64,000 nucleotides of DNA from an uncultured Planctomycetota bacterium. Its GTDB lineage: Bacteria; Planctomycetota; Planctomycetia; Isosphaerales; Isosphaeraceae. Location: positions 2,272,001-2,336,000 of the forward strand of contig CAVTTN010000002.1 in NCBI GenBank assembly GCA_963737655.1. The letters are read 5' to 3'. Position 1 is the stretch's first letter, and each line of letters starts with the position of its first letter. The notes below the pieces were generated by a model, which saw only the letters and a list, made by a program, of their open reading frames with translations, did not search any database and had not been told where the DNA came from. Of the stretch, positions 28,901 to 38,655 are shown piece after piece. Made by a program: the position numbers and the translations under genes.

Positions 28901-29675
28901 CGACGCGGCCGGGGCCGACCCGGGCGAGGCCGCCGCACCCGCCGGAGGAGAAGACGCCCAGGGCGGCGACATGCCCAACGGCGAAGGCGAGCCGAAGGGC
29001 GAGGGCGAGGGCGAGGGGGAAGGCCAGCCCAAGGGCGAGGGCGACGGCCAGCCCAAGGGCGGCGAGGGGGCGCCGAAGGACGCCATGCCCGACGGGGCCG
29101 GCGAGAAGGGGAAGTCCGGCAAGTCCAAGTCCAGGGCTGGCGGCGAGCCCGACGGCCGGGACGCCCTCCGCGAACGGGGCGAGCGCACCCTCGGCGAATT
29201 GAACGAAGCCGAGGGCGGGCTGGCGGCCGACGAGGCGGCCCTGGGCCGGCTGCTCGAACAACTGAAGCAGGCGGCGGCCGACCCCGGCGGCGAGCCTCAC
29301 GACGGCCAGCCTCACGACGGCCAGGCCGATCCCTCGGCCGCGACGAACTCGGCCGAGGTCCAGCAAGCCCTGGCGATGGCCGCGAGGATGAAGGCCATGA
29401 AGAGCGGCCGGAACCGCTCGGAACCGGGCCGCGATCAGGCCCACGCCCCGCATCCTCCCGGCGCCTCCTCGACGCCTAATCTCCAGGGATCGCCCCCCGG
29501 AATCGCCTCCGAGAGCGTCCTGAACAAGCTCGACCTCAACACCCGGACCGTCCTCCTCAAGATGCCCCCGAGGGTCCGCGAAGAGATCCTCCAGGGGATG
29601 CGCGAACAGGCCCCCGAGGGCTACTCGAAGTTCATCCAGGACTACTTCCAGAGGTTGACCGAAGTCAAAAAGTAG
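25941..29675 (+). CDS. DUF4175-like large membrane protein (3 TM, Ig-like domains, coiled coil, low-complexity tail)
   Basis: GGAGG at 25930-25934; VARRIEARLPGIHNRLVS, DNPPQV...AFDDFGL, YRVEARD and C-terminal PEGYSKFIQDYFQRL. Confidence 0.82.
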   Translation: MLTDAKPESPPDASPIFRAVRRTRAVLRSSWVATGLGLVVGLGLGTLCAVTLTDLMAPLWPSLRLVGLLAIAVPTAVLLVWKVLIPLVRRLGAIAVARRIEARLPGIHNRLVSCIDLSRPERRRERSSAFYARLVREARERVSAFRPLSIVDWPRLRRSLLFAAASVAAFSAAFGLFSDRLPTAMARIFRPFADIPPATGVEFSVKPGDARVLRGDEIPFEVVVTKGEPDDLRLELRRDDGQGGTLWYDLRRAGPRAWSLRLAGFEGSFSYRVHGGGTWSRLYHVNILERPAIVELHTVLHYAPYLGMGEPKVGPPQVADVTGPEGSAVEVVVEASGDVSEGAIQWLDPTTTRVAVADRAERLWQGLEFIPDNVSAEGTWRWDFKLRARPSHFDPAQGGLHGHHLSNLPAGFRVLPGESLFAYVFIPPDKKPDTLMLQFHDGQSWDHRAFWGEDKIPFGTPGSAGRRRLGPLPESGGWVRLEVPAKLVDMEGKDLRGIGFDAVGGEPIWHRAGTVPAAHVEKAGFVVARSFPMEPTSDGRWSGRFPLEKSGAYRVELKNEIGAANRPMKEAKVVAIPDNPPQVVLEKPGADLVLSEPIKVPLVVSAFDDFGLAGVFVAVQKGDSGGFVGRPIKTYDAPVRNDIAVASLDLPSMGLKPGDFLRYRVEARDRKGQSAQTKEYVIRIANDGNSADRQLANFEKTREAVEQKLAKLIDDQAKVREQVKALATKAAPLKEKIAESARAADPKPSPDAPPPADKPPANLDAETAKGLAEVRQEMARIAGQEEQNANLAGQVANDLKAAAENAEGQAMLPPQVAEALRDVQTTFQKAAAEPLKGLTDAMKAGADANHAAPDVPAMEAAAGQVQDALEATRARLDALARAEDAMKDDAGKAVAELQREKARLEAVLSAKELADLKEFLEKMREQMKALEGDQQQLLEATRTAPDILLPDVKAKQGDLEKKAGAEIEKAREVREKGLASKKAEDHADAAGADPGEAAAPAGGEDAQGGDMPNGEGEPKGEGEGEGEGQPKGEGDGQPKGGEGAPKDAMPDGAGEKGKSGKSKSRAGGEPDGRDALRERGERTLGELNEAEGGLAADEAALGRLLEQLKQAAADPGGEPHDGQPHDGQADPSAATNSAEVQQALAMAARMKAMKSGRNRSEPGRDQAHAPHPPGASSTPNLQGSPPGIASESVLNKLDLNTRTVLLKMPPRVREEILQGMREQAPEGYSKFIQDYFQRLTEVKK

Positions 29676-29819
29676 GGTGCATGCAATGCACCAACACGCG
29701 GCGGGCGACGCCCGCCATCCGCGTTCTGCTTCACGTTCTCTTTGCAAGACCTGATTTGAACCCGGGATGAGGATGGCGGGCGTGGCCCGCCGCGTGTTGG
29801 TGCATTGCATGCACCCTAC
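29672..29819. repeat. 148-bp MITE/REP-like element with 49-bp terminal inverted repeats
   Basis: gtagggtgcatgcaatgcaccaacacgcggcgggcgacgcccgccatcc and its near-perfect reverse complement ending at 29819; its TAG is the stop of the upstream gene. Confidence 0.88.
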
Positions 29820-29830
29820 AGAGAGTTTTT

Positions 29831-32211
29831 ATGATCTCGTGGCTCCTCCAAGCAATCGGCCTCGGGGACGACTTCCTCGGGCACCTCGACCGGGTCCGCC
29901 TGGCGGCCCAGAGGCCGATGGTCCTCTGGGTCGGATTGGCCCTGTTATTGCCCCTGGCCGTGTTCATCCATCGGAGGCAGATGAGGAGCCTCGTCGGGGC
30001 GCCGAAGGCCCTGCGGGTCGCCCTCAGCCTGATCCGCGTGGCCATCCTCGCCTTGATGGTCGGCTGCCTTTCCGGTCCGTATCTGCGGCTGGATCTGACG
30101 GTGGAGAAGAAGCCGATCGTGGCGGTGCTCGTCGATCGGTCGAGGAGCATGACCTTGCCGGTCGGGCCGTTCGCGACCGACGCGGAGGCCTCGCGGTTCG
30201 CCTCGGCGTCGGGCCTCTCGCTGTCGCCGGGCCCGGGGGCGGCCGAGTCGAAGAAGGCCGTCGAGGCGATGACTCGCGGGGGCTCGCCCGCTCCTTGCTC
30301 CGCAAGGAGGCCAAGACCCTCCTCGAACCGCTGGCGAAGACGCACGACCTCCGGTTCGTCGCCTTCGACCGCGACGTCTCGACGATCGGCGCCGACCCCG
30401 CGAAACCCGAAGTCCCCGAGGCCGACGGGCCCGCCTCGTCCTCGACCCGGATCGGCGACGCGATCGCCCGGGTGATCGACGATGCGGGCGACCGGCCGAT
30501 CGCCGGCATCCTCCTGCTGAGCGACGGCCGGAACACGGCCGGGGCCTCGCCCGCCGAGGCCGCCCGCCTCGCCTCGAACGACTCCGCCCCGGTCTTCCCC
30601 GTGACCCTCGGCGGGTCGGTGCGGATGAAAGACGTGGCGATCGTGGATGTGTTCGCCCCGAACATCGTCTCGGTGGGCGACACGGTGAAGGTCGCCGTGA
30701 CGATCGAGTCCAGCGGCTTCGACGGCCGGGCCACGAAGGTGGATCTGAAGACCGATTCGGTCATCGACTCGAAGGAGATCGTCCTCCGGGGGGCCGAGCA
30801 GCAGGTCGTCGAGCTGACGTTCGCCGCGACGAAGCCCGGCTCGTTCGCCCTGACCGTCGAGGTCCCCCCGCAGCCCGAGGAGGCCGAGGTCCTGCGCTCC
30901 AACAACTCGGACGTGGCGTTCGTGAAGGTCACCGACGAAAAAATCAAGGTGCTCCTGATCGACGGCTCGCCCCGCTGGGATTTCCGGTTCCTGAAGAACG
31001 CGATGAGGCGAGACCACGGCCTCGGCGGCGCGAAGGGGTCGGCCGAGCCGGACGTCCGCGTCCTCTCCGAGATGGCCGGGGGCGCGACCGTGCCGTCGTC
31101 GCCCGAGGACCTGGCCGGCTATGACGTGGTGGTCCTGGGGGACGCGGCCCCGGGCGAGCTCGGGCCGAAGTTCCTGGAATCGCTGGGCAAGGCGGTGCGA
31201 GAGAAGGGGCTGGGGCTGATCGTCGAGGCCGGCCCCCGGCACATGCCCCACGAGTTCGACGCGGCGTTCCGCGACCTCCTGCCGGTGAAGGTCGGCACGC
31301 GATCGTCCGGGGTCGAGGCGCCGGTCTATTCGCCGTTCCGGCTGGAAGTCTCGGCCGAGGGGGGCGTCCACGAGGCCATGAGGCTGTTCGACGACCCCGG
31401 CCGGAGCGCCGAGGTCTGGGCCGGGATGCCGGCGTTCTTCTGGTGCGCCTCGGCCGATCGGCCGGCGCCGGGGGCCACGGTCCTGGCGTGGAACCCGGCG
31501 ATCCGCTCGCGGTTCGGCAAGCTGCCGCTGATCGCCCACCATGTCGCGGGCAAGGGGCGCGTCGTGTTCGTAGGGACCGATTCGACCTGGCTCTGGCGGC
31601 AGAACGTCGGCGACCGCTTCTTCTACAAGTTCTGGGGCCAGGCGGTCCGGTTCGCGGCGAAGTCTCCCGACGACGCGAAGAAGACGAGGATCGAGGCGAG
31701 GCCGGTCCGGGCCCAGCCGGGCGAGCCGGTGCGGATCGAGGTCATGGCGTTCGCCGAGGACGGCTCGCCCCGGGCCGAATCGAGGCTCCCGGCGAGCGTC
31801 CTGAGCGCCGGAGGGGCGCCCGTGGCCGTCGAGCTCGTGGCCGACCCGGCGATCCGGGGCCGATTCACCGCCACGGTCGCCCCCGAATCGCCCGGCGACT
31901 ATCGCGCGAGCTTCGACCCCGGCTCCGGTTCCGAGCCCATCGAGGCGAGGTTCCGCGTCCTGGAATCGGTCGAGGAACTCCGCCACCCCGACCCCGACGC
32001 CCAGGCCCTCGCGGCCCTGGCCGGCGCCACCGGGGGCAAGGTGCTCGGGCCCGACGAGATCGCCTCGGTCCGGCCGCTGCTCAAGGGCGAGGCGACCGTC
32101 ACCGAGATCCACCGCGAGGCGACCGTGTGGGACAACTGGATCGTCCTGGCCCTGCTGATGGGTCTCTACTCGATCGACGTGGGCCTGAGACGGCTCGCCG
32201 GCCTGTCATGA
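29831..32211 (+). CDS. membrane protein with vWA and glutamine amidotransferase-like domains; -1 frameshift near 30280
   Basis: Frame A: TM helices and VLVDRSRSM. Frame B: LLLSDGRN, SNN, KVLLIDGSPRWDFRFL, YDVVVLGD, DSTWLWR, FWGQ and C-terminal TM...LRRLAGLS. Confidence 0.85.
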
Positions 32212-32222
32212 GGGAGGGGCGA

Positions 32223-33302
32223 ATGGGAAGCGTGTCCAGGGTGGGTGAATCTCGCCATCTCGGACGGTGCAGGAAATCCACCAGACCCACCGTGGTTGGC
32301 CTGACCGTTTTCTCCCTGCTCTGGTCCCTCTCGACTCCGGGACTCGCCGATGACGCGGCCCCCTTGACCGAGGCCCAGGTGGTCGCTCGGGTCACGGGGT
32401 CGATCGACCGCGCTCTCGAATATCTCGCGTCGAAGCAGAAGCCGGACGGCTCGTGGCACACGAACAACGCGGTCAACGGCCTCGCCTTGCTCGCGTTCCT
32501 GGGCCGGGGCCACGTGCCGGGCCGGGGGCCGTATCGCGAGGTGGTCGATCGCGGCAAGGCGTTCATCCTGGCGTCGGCCCGGGCCGACGGCTACCTCGCG
32601 TTCGACAAGATGTACGAGCACGGCCTGGCCACGCTCGCCCTGGCCGAGATGTACGGGATGGACCCCGACCCGAAGCTCCGCGAGGTCCTCCGCAAGGCCG
32701 TGGACCTGATCGTCCGCAGCCAGGCCCCCAACGGCGGCTGGCGCTATCAGCCCACGCCGAACGATCACGACCTGAGCGTCACCGTGATGCAGGTCGTGGC
32801 GCTCCGGGCCGCCAATAACGCCGAGATCCCGGTGCCGGCCGCGACGATCGACCGGGCCATCGCCTACGTCCGGTCGTGCGCCAATCCCAACGGCGGCTAC
32901 TCCTACCAGCCCGGCAGCGGGCCCGGACCGCAGACCACGGCCGCCGGCGTCCTCTGCCTCCAGCTCCTGGGCAAGGGGGACGACCCCTCGGTCGCCAAGG
33001 GCCTTGCGCTCATGGCGAGCTACCCGGCGACGTGGGAGAATAGCGGGCTTCAATATTTTTATTATTATCACTATTACGCCATCCAGGCCTACTATCACGC
33101 CGGCGGGAAGTCGTGGGATTCCTGGCACCCGAAGGTCCGCGAGATGCTGCTCGCCAAGCAGAATTCCGACGGGAGCTGGGACGTCCCCCCCGGCACGACC
33201 GAGAACGAGGGGACCGTCGGCCCGAACAAGGTCTACTGGACCGCGATGGCCTGCCTCGTCCTGGAGATCTACACCCACTACCTGCCCGCCTATCAACGCT
33301 GA
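32223..33302 (+). CDS. prenyltransferase/squalene oxidase repeat (alpha/alpha toroid) protein, secreted
   Basis: QW-like repeats LEYLASKQKPDGSW, SQAPNGGWRY, KQNSDGSW; MYEHGLATLALAE; DLSVT. Alternative ATG at 32208. Confidence 0.88.
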   Translation: MGSVSRVGESRHLGRCRKSTRPTVVGLTVFSLLWSLSTPGLADDAAPLTEAQVVARVTGSIDRALEYLASKQKPDGSWHTNNAVNGLALLAFLGRGHVPGRGPYREVVDRGKAFILASARADGYLAFDKMYEHGLATLALAEMYGMDPDPKLREVLRKAVDLIVRSQAPNGGWRYQPTPNDHDLSVTVMQVVALRAANNAEIPVPAATIDRAIAYVRSCANPNGGYSYQPGSGPGPQTTAAGVLCLQLLGKGDDPSVAKGLALMASYPATWENSGLQYFYYYHYYAIQAYYHAGGKSWDSWHPKVREMLLAKQNSDGSWDVPPGTTENEGTVGPNKVYWTAMACLVLEIYTHYLPAYQR

Positions 33303-33387
33303 CCGAGGGCCCGGCGCCCTGGCCGCCGGACCCTCCGATCGGGGACAATGACCCAGGGATCGAGAGGGGATCGGGGCGAGGCGGGCC

Positions 33388-34911
33388 ATGTTCCAGGATG
33401 TCTTGCGAAGGCTCGGGATCGAGGCGTCGAATTCCGGGGTCCGGGGGAAGTCCCGGGTCGCGAATCCCTCGGGCCGGGTCGTCGAGTCGATCAATCCGGC
33501 GACCGGCTCGGCGATCGGATCGGTCACGTTCGGCTCGGCCGAGGATTACGATCGGGTCGCCGGCGATGCGGTCGAGGCGTTCGCCCGGTGGCGCGTGGTC
33601 CCCCCGCCGGCCCGGGGGGCCGTGGTCCGCGAGATCGGCGAGGCGCTTCGGGAGGCGAAGGACGACCTGGGCCTGCTCGTGACCCTGGAGACCGGCAAGA
33701 TCCTGGCCGAAGGGCGGGGCGAGGTCCAGGAGATGATCGACATGGCCGATTTCGCCGTCGGCCTGTCCCGTCAGCTCCACGGCCTGACGATCGCCAGCGA
33801 GCGGCCCGGCCATCGGATGATCGAGCAATGGCTGCCGCTGGGCCCGGTGGGGATCATCACGGCGTTCAACTTCCCGGTGGCGGTCTGGGCGTGGAACGCG
33901 ATGATCGCGGCGGTCTGCGGCGACCCGGTGGTCTGGAAGCCGTCGCCCGAGGCCCCCTTGTCGGCCGTGGCTGTCCGGAACCTCGTCGATCGCGTGGCCG
34001 AGTCCCACGGCTTCGAGGGGGTCTTCAACCTCTGCGCCGGAGACGCCGACCCCGTGGGCGAGGCGATGATCGCCGACCCGAGGTTCCCGCTGATCTCGGC
34101 CACCGGCAGTTGCCGGATGGGCCGGAGGGTGGCGGAGGTCGTGGGCCGGAGGCTCGGACGGTCGTTGCTGGAGCTCGGCGGGAACAACGCGGCGATCGTC
34201 TCGCCGTCGGCCGACCTGGAGCTGGCGATTCGCGCGATCCTGTTCGCGGCCGTCGGCACCGCCGGCCAGCGATGCACGACCCTCCGACGCCTGATCGTCC
34301 ACGAATCGATCGCCGACCGTCTGGTCGATCGGCTCGTCAGGGCGTATGGGTCGCTGCCGATCGGCGACCCGTGGGCCGAGGGGACGCTCGTCGGCCCCCT
34401 GATCGGCGAGGGGGCCGTCGAGGCGATGATTCGGGCCCTGGACCTGGCCAGGGGGCAGGGCGGCGAGGTGCTCTGCGGCGGTCGTCGGCTCGACCGGCCG
34501 GGATTCTTCGTCGAACCGGCGATCGTCCGGAGCCGCCCCGACCTGCCGATCGCGGCCGAGGAGACGTTCGCGCCGATCCTCTATGTCACGACCTACCGCG
34601 ACCTGGAGGAGGCGATCGCGATCCAGAACGGCGTGCCCCAGGGGCTGTCGTCGGCGATCTTCACCGACCGGGTGAGCGAGGCCGAGCGGTTCCTGTCGGC
34701 CGAGGGTTCCGACTGCGGGATCGCGAACGTGAACCTCGGCACCTCCGGCGCGGAGATCGGCGGGGCGTTCGGCGGAGAGAAGGCCACGGGCGGGGGGCGC
34801 GAGGCCGGCTCCGACTCGTGGAAGCTCTACATGCGCCGGCAGACCTGCACGATCAACGGCTCGACCGCCCTGCCGCTGGCCCAGGGGGTGCGGTTCGAGG
34901 TCCTGGGCTGA
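33388..34911 (+). CDS. aldehyde dehydrogenase, ALDH7/piperideine-6-carboxylate dehydrogenase-like
   Basis: GEVQEMID, AFNFPVAVWAWN, LELGGNNA, GTAGQRCTT, GTSGAEIGGAFGGEK and GGGREAGSDSWK. Confidence 0.92.
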   Translation: MFQDVLRRLGIEASNSGVRGKSRVANPSGRVVESINPATGSAIGSVTFGSAEDYDRVAGDAVEAFARWRVVPPPARGAVVREIGEALREAKDDLGLLVTLETGKILAEGRGEVQEMIDMADFAVGLSRQLHGLTIASERPGHRMIEQWLPLGPVGIITAFNFPVAVWAWNAMIAAVCGDPVVWKPSPEAPLSAVAVRNLVDRVAESHGFEGVFNLCAGDADPVGEAMIADPRFPLISATGSCRMGRRVAEVVGRRLGRSLLELGGNNAAIVSPSADLELAIRAILFAAVGTAGQRCTTLRRLIVHESIADRLVDRLVRAYGSLPIGDPWAEGTLVGPLIGEGAVEAMIRALDLARGQGGEVLCGGRRLDRPGFFVEPAIVRSRPDLPIAAEETFAPILYVTTYRDLEEAIAIQNGVPQGLSSAIFTDRVSEAERFLSAEGSDCGIANVNLGTSGAEIGGAFGGEKATGGGREAGSDSWKLYMRRQTCTINGSTALPLAQGVRFEVLG

Positions 34912-34926
34912 CCGAGGGGGCCCGGC

Positions 34927-35153
34927 TCAGGCCCCCTCGACCTCCCGGCGGAGGTTCTCCAGCCACCGGCGGACGGCCTCCGACACCCCCTCGCCCAGTT
35001 CCTCGCGGAGGTCGTCGATCCGTTGGAGGATCTCGCGGGCGTCGTCCTCGCGGGTCCCCGGGCCCGAGAGCAGGCGGTGGGCCTCGTGGGCCAGGTGCCT
35101 CACGTTCAGGGCTAGGGTCGCGCCCCCGCGCCGTCGTCGCTCATCCTCTTCAT
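34927..35153 (-). CDS. small helical hypothetical protein (~75 aa), -1 frameshift in a G run near 35125; absent from the ORF track
   Basis: AAGGGAGGAGG upstream of ATG 35153; MKRMSDDGAG|ATLALNVRHLAHEAHRLL...EILQRIDDLREELGEGVSEAVRRWLENLRREVEGA*; GC3-rich codons. Confidence 0.6.
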
Positions 35154-35684
35154 GGCCTGCCTCCTCCCTTCGGTCCCTGGCCCCCGGTCCGGCGTCCTCG
35201 GATCGGGCAGCCCTCGGGTTCGCCCCTCTTCTAACAGACGTCCAAGGAGCATCAATTCCGGCGAAAAAATTCCCGTCTTCGCGATTTTGTCTGTCCGTCG
35301 AAGGGTTTTCGCATCGTCCGGGCGGTTATTAGGACGAATTCCTTCGTCGTCACTCCCCGTGCCGGCGGCCCCGAGGGGTCAGGAGTGATGGACAGCCGAA
35401 CCCTCCGCCGGGTTCGCCCGAATCGGTCGGGAATCTGGGCTGATTGCGGGGCCTTCGGGGGATTCTCTCGCCCGGAGTGGCGTCTTCGCCGCCCTTCTCG
35501 GTTCCAATTACGGGGAGTCTAGGCGACATTCCGCGGATTTTGCGGGCGATTGGCGAGTTGTCGCCGCCGGGATGCCCCGACCCGCCCCGTCCGGGATGGC
35601 TGGTCAGACCCCGGCCGGTGGCATTACAATCCGGTCCGCTCCCCGGGGCAGGGACTGCGGGGGGGCCGGGCCCGAGGACGTTTC

Positions 35685-36881
35685 ATGAGCTTTCCGTTCG
35701 ACGTCTGCGTGGTGGGCGGCTGCGGCCACGTCGGCCTCCCCCTGGCGATCACCTTCGCCCATCGCGGGATGACGGTCTCGGTCTTCGACATCAACGACGC
35801 CGCCGTGGCCACCGTCAACCAGGGCCGGATGCCGTTCCTGGAACGGGACGCGGAACCCCTGTTGAAGGAGGTCATCGGCCGGACCCTCCACGTGGCCAAT
35901 GACGCCACCCTGGTCTCGAGGGCGAGACACGTGGTGGTCGTGATCGGCACGCCCGTCGATGAGCACCTGAACCCGACGTTCCACTCGATGAGGCGGTTCT
36001 TCTCGACGATCCTCCCCCACCTGGTCGATGGCCAGTGCCTGATCCTCCGGAGCACGGTCTTCCCGGGGACGACCGAGAGGGTCCACGAGCTCGTGGCGAA
36101 CTCGGGCAAGCGGGTCTCGGTCGCGTTCTGCCCGGAACGCGTGGCCGAGGGGCACGCGATCGCCGAGCTCGCCTCGCTCCCCCAGATCGTCTCGGGCTGC
36201 GACGACCGCGCCGTGACGATGGCCGAAGACCTCTTCGGACGGGTCGCCCGCTATACCCTCCGCCTCTCGCCGAGGGAGGCCGAATTGACCAAGATCTTCG
36301 CCAACGTCTGGCGATACATCCAGTTCGCCACGGCGAACCAGTTCTTCATGATCGCCACCGAGCAGGGCCTGGACTTCTTCACGATCTACGACGCCCTGAC
36401 CCGCGACTATCCGAGGATGGCGGGGCTCCCCCGGCCCGGGTTCGCCGCCGGGCCGTGCCTGTTCAAGGACACCATGCAGCTCTCGGCGGCCGACAACAAC
36501 CATTTCTCGCTCGGCCACGCGGCGATGCTCATCAACGAGGGGCTGCCGAACTTCGTCGTCCGCCACGCCAAGGAGCGATACCCCCTGGAGACGATGACCG
36601 TCGGCCTCCTGGGGATGGCGTTCAAGGCCGACAGCGACGACCCGAGGGAGAGCCTCTCGTACAAGCTGCGAAAGGTCCTCGAATACGAGGCCGCCGCCTG
36701 CCTCTGCACCGACCCGTTCATCGACGACCCGCGATTCCTCCCCCTGGAGGACGTCCTCCGGCGGTCGGACCTCATCCTGATCGCCACCCCGCACTCGGAG
36801 TATCGCTCGTTGACGTTCCGCGAGGGGCAGCCGGTGATCGACGTCTGGAACATCTATGGCAAGGGGGCGGGCCTCTCGTGA
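35685..36881 (+). CDS. nucleotide sugar dehydrogenase (UDP-glucose/UDP-ManNAc dehydrogenase family)
   Basis: VVGGCGHVGLP, IGTP, RSTVFPG, FCPER, AGPCLFKD and AFKADSDDPRES. Confidence 0.92.
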   Translation: MSFPFDVCVVGGCGHVGLPLAITFAHRGMTVSVFDINDAAVATVNQGRMPFLERDAEPLLKEVIGRTLHVANDATLVSRARHVVVVIGTPVDEHLNPTFHSMRRFFSTILPHLVDGQCLILRSTVFPGTTERVHELVANSGKRVSVAFCPERVAEGHAIAELASLPQIVSGCDDRAVTMAEDLFGRVARYTLRLSPREAELTKIFANVWRYIQFATANQFFMIATEQGLDFFTIYDALTRDYPRMAGLPRPGFAAGPCLFKDTMQLSAADNNHFSLGHAAMLINEGLPNFVVRHAKERYPLETMTVGLLGMAFKADSDDPRESLSYKLRKVLEYEAAACLCTDPFIDDPRFLPLEDVLRRSDLILIATPHSEYRSLTFREGQPVIDVWNIYGKGAGLS

Positions 36882-37900
36882 AAATCCTCGTGACCGGCTC
36901 GGCCGGGTTCATCGCCGGCTATCTCGTGGAAGACCTCCTGGCGGCGGGCCACGAGGTCGTCGGCCTCGACAACTTCACCAAGTACGGCCCATTGGAACGG
37001 GGGTATGACTCCCATCCCCGCTATCGAGGGGTCGTCGGCGACGCCAAGGACGTCGGCCTCCTGGGCGACCTCCTGGCCGATTGCGACGGCTTCGTCGCCG
37101 GGGCCGCGATCATCGGCGGGATCTCCCTGTTCCACGAGCTCGCCTACGACCTGATCGCCGAGAACGAACGGATCACCGCCTCGGCCTTCGACGCCGCCAT
37201 CCGGGCCTATCGGGCCGGACGATTGCAGAAGATCACGGTGGTCTCGTCGTCGATGGTCTATGAAAGCACCTCGATTTATCCCACGCCCGAGGGGGAGCAA
37301 CGGCGGTCCCCTCCTCCGCAATCGACCTACGGCTTCCAGAAGCTCGCCACGGAGTACTTCGCCCAGGGCGCCCGGGAGCAATACGGCCTGCCGTTCACCA
37401 TCGTCCGGCCGTTCAACTGCGTGGGGATCGGCGAGAAGCGGGCCCTGTCCGACAAGGAGGTCATGTCGGGCAACGTGAAGCTGGCGATGAGCCACGTCGT
37501 CCCGGACCTGGTCCAGAAGGTGCTGAAGGGCCAGGACCCGCTGCGAATCCTGGGAGACGGGGGCCAGGTCCGCTGCTACACCTACGGAGGCGACCTCGCC
37601 CGGGGCATCCGGCTGGCGATCGAGTCCCCGGCCGCTCTGAACGAGGATTTCAACCTCTCCACGCCGGTGGCGACGACCGTCCGCGAGCTCGCCGAGCTGA
37701 TCTGGGCCAAGATCAAGGGGCCGGGCGAGCCGCTTCGGGTCGTCTCGGACTCGCCGTATTCGTATGATGTCCGGAGGCGGATTCCCTCGGTCGAGAAGGC
37801 CCGGACGCTCCTGGGGTTCGAGGCGACGACCAGCCTGTCGGAGGCCCTGGACGAGATCATCCCGTGGATCGACGGGCAGATCGCCGTCGGAGGGATCTAG
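36878..37900 (+). CDS. NAD-dependent epimerase/dehydratase (extended SDR)
   Basis: GTG overlaps the upstream stop; VTGSAGFIA, SSSMVY, YGFQK and RPFNCVG. Confidence 0.92.
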   Translation: MKILVTGSAGFIAGYLVEDLLAAGHEVVGLDNFTKYGPLERGYDSHPRYRGVVGDAKDVGLLGDLLADCDGFVAGAAIIGGISLFHELAYDLIAENERITASAFDAAIRAYRAGRLQKITVVSSSMVYESTSIYPTPEGEQRRSPPPQSTYGFQKLATEYFAQGAREQYGLPFTIVRPFNCVGIGEKRALSDKEVMSGNVKLAMSHVVPDLVQKVLKGQDPLRILGDGGQVRCYTYGGDLARGIRLAIESPAALNEDFNLSTPVATTVRELAELIWAKIKGPGEPLRVVSDSPYSYDVRRRIPSVEKARTLLGFEATTSLSEALDEIIPWIDGQIAVGGI

Positions 37901-37963
37901 CTCGTCGGGCGCGGACCCTGCACCCCTCTTCGATTCGTTCCCGATCCGGGCGGAGGCCCACGG

Positions 37964-38635
37964 ATGAAGCTGGAAGGCGAGCTGGAACGCCTGTATGCGA
38001 ACCGATTCCCCGAGGCCGAACGCCGGGCCAAGGCCGAGCTCTGGCGGACCCTCTGCGACGCCTTCTTCGACCGGTACATCCCCGGAGACGGCGCCGTCCT
38101 GGACGTCGGGGCCGGCTACTGCGACTTCATCAATAGCGTGAGGGCAAGGCGGAAGGTCGCCGTGGACCTGAATCCCGACACCCCGAGGCACGCCGCCGAG
38201 GGGGTCGAGGTCCACTCGCTCCCCCTGGAGACCCTGGGCGACGCCATCGAGCCCGGGACGATCGACGTGGCCTTCGCCAGCAACGTCTTCGAGCACCTCC
38301 GGGGCCCCGACGCCCTCCTGGAAGTCACCTCGGCGATCCTCCGGGCGCTCAAGCCGGGCGGACGATTGATCGTGATGCAGCCCAACGTCCGGGTGCTCGG
38401 GGGCGCGTTCTACGACTTCTTCGACCACACCTTGCCGCTGTCCGAGAAGGGGATGGCCGAGGCCCTCCGCGTCGTCGGCTTCGAGATCGAGGAGATCCGG
38501 GCCCGGTTCCTGCCCTACACGACCAAGAGCCGCCTGCCCCAGGCCCCCTGGCTCGTCCGGCTGTACCTCGCGTGCCCGCCGGCGCGATGGGTGCTCGGCA
38601 AGCAGATGCTCGTGGTCGCCCGCCGCCCCCTGTGA
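37964..38635 (+). CDS. class I SAM-dependent methyltransferase
   Basis: VLDVGAGYC, ASNVFEHL and LKPGG. Confidence 0.9.
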   Translation: MKLEGELERLYANRFPEAERRAKAELWRTLCDAFFDRYIPGDGAVLDVGAGYCDFINSVRARRKVAVDLNPDTPRHAAEGVEVHSLPLETLGDAIEPGTIDVAFASNVFEHLRGPDALLEVTSAILRALKPGGRLIVMQPNVRVLGGAFYDFFDHTLPLSEKGMAEALRVVGFEIEEIRARFLPYTTKSRLPQAPWLVRLYLACPPARWVLGKQMLVVARRPL

Positions 38636-38655
38636 ACGATCGAGCCGACCCGCCC

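Noticed and set aside
25926..29810. 1294-aa minus-strand ORF and similar long overlapping ORFs (16..1287, 29731..32112, 49492..52764)
   Set aside because: Antisense or off-frame shadows of genes that have clear family motifs.
32223..33302. Squalene-hopene cyclase or terpene biosynthesis gene
   Set aside because: Single short toroid domain with a signal peptide, no DxDD motif, and a MoxR/vWA context.
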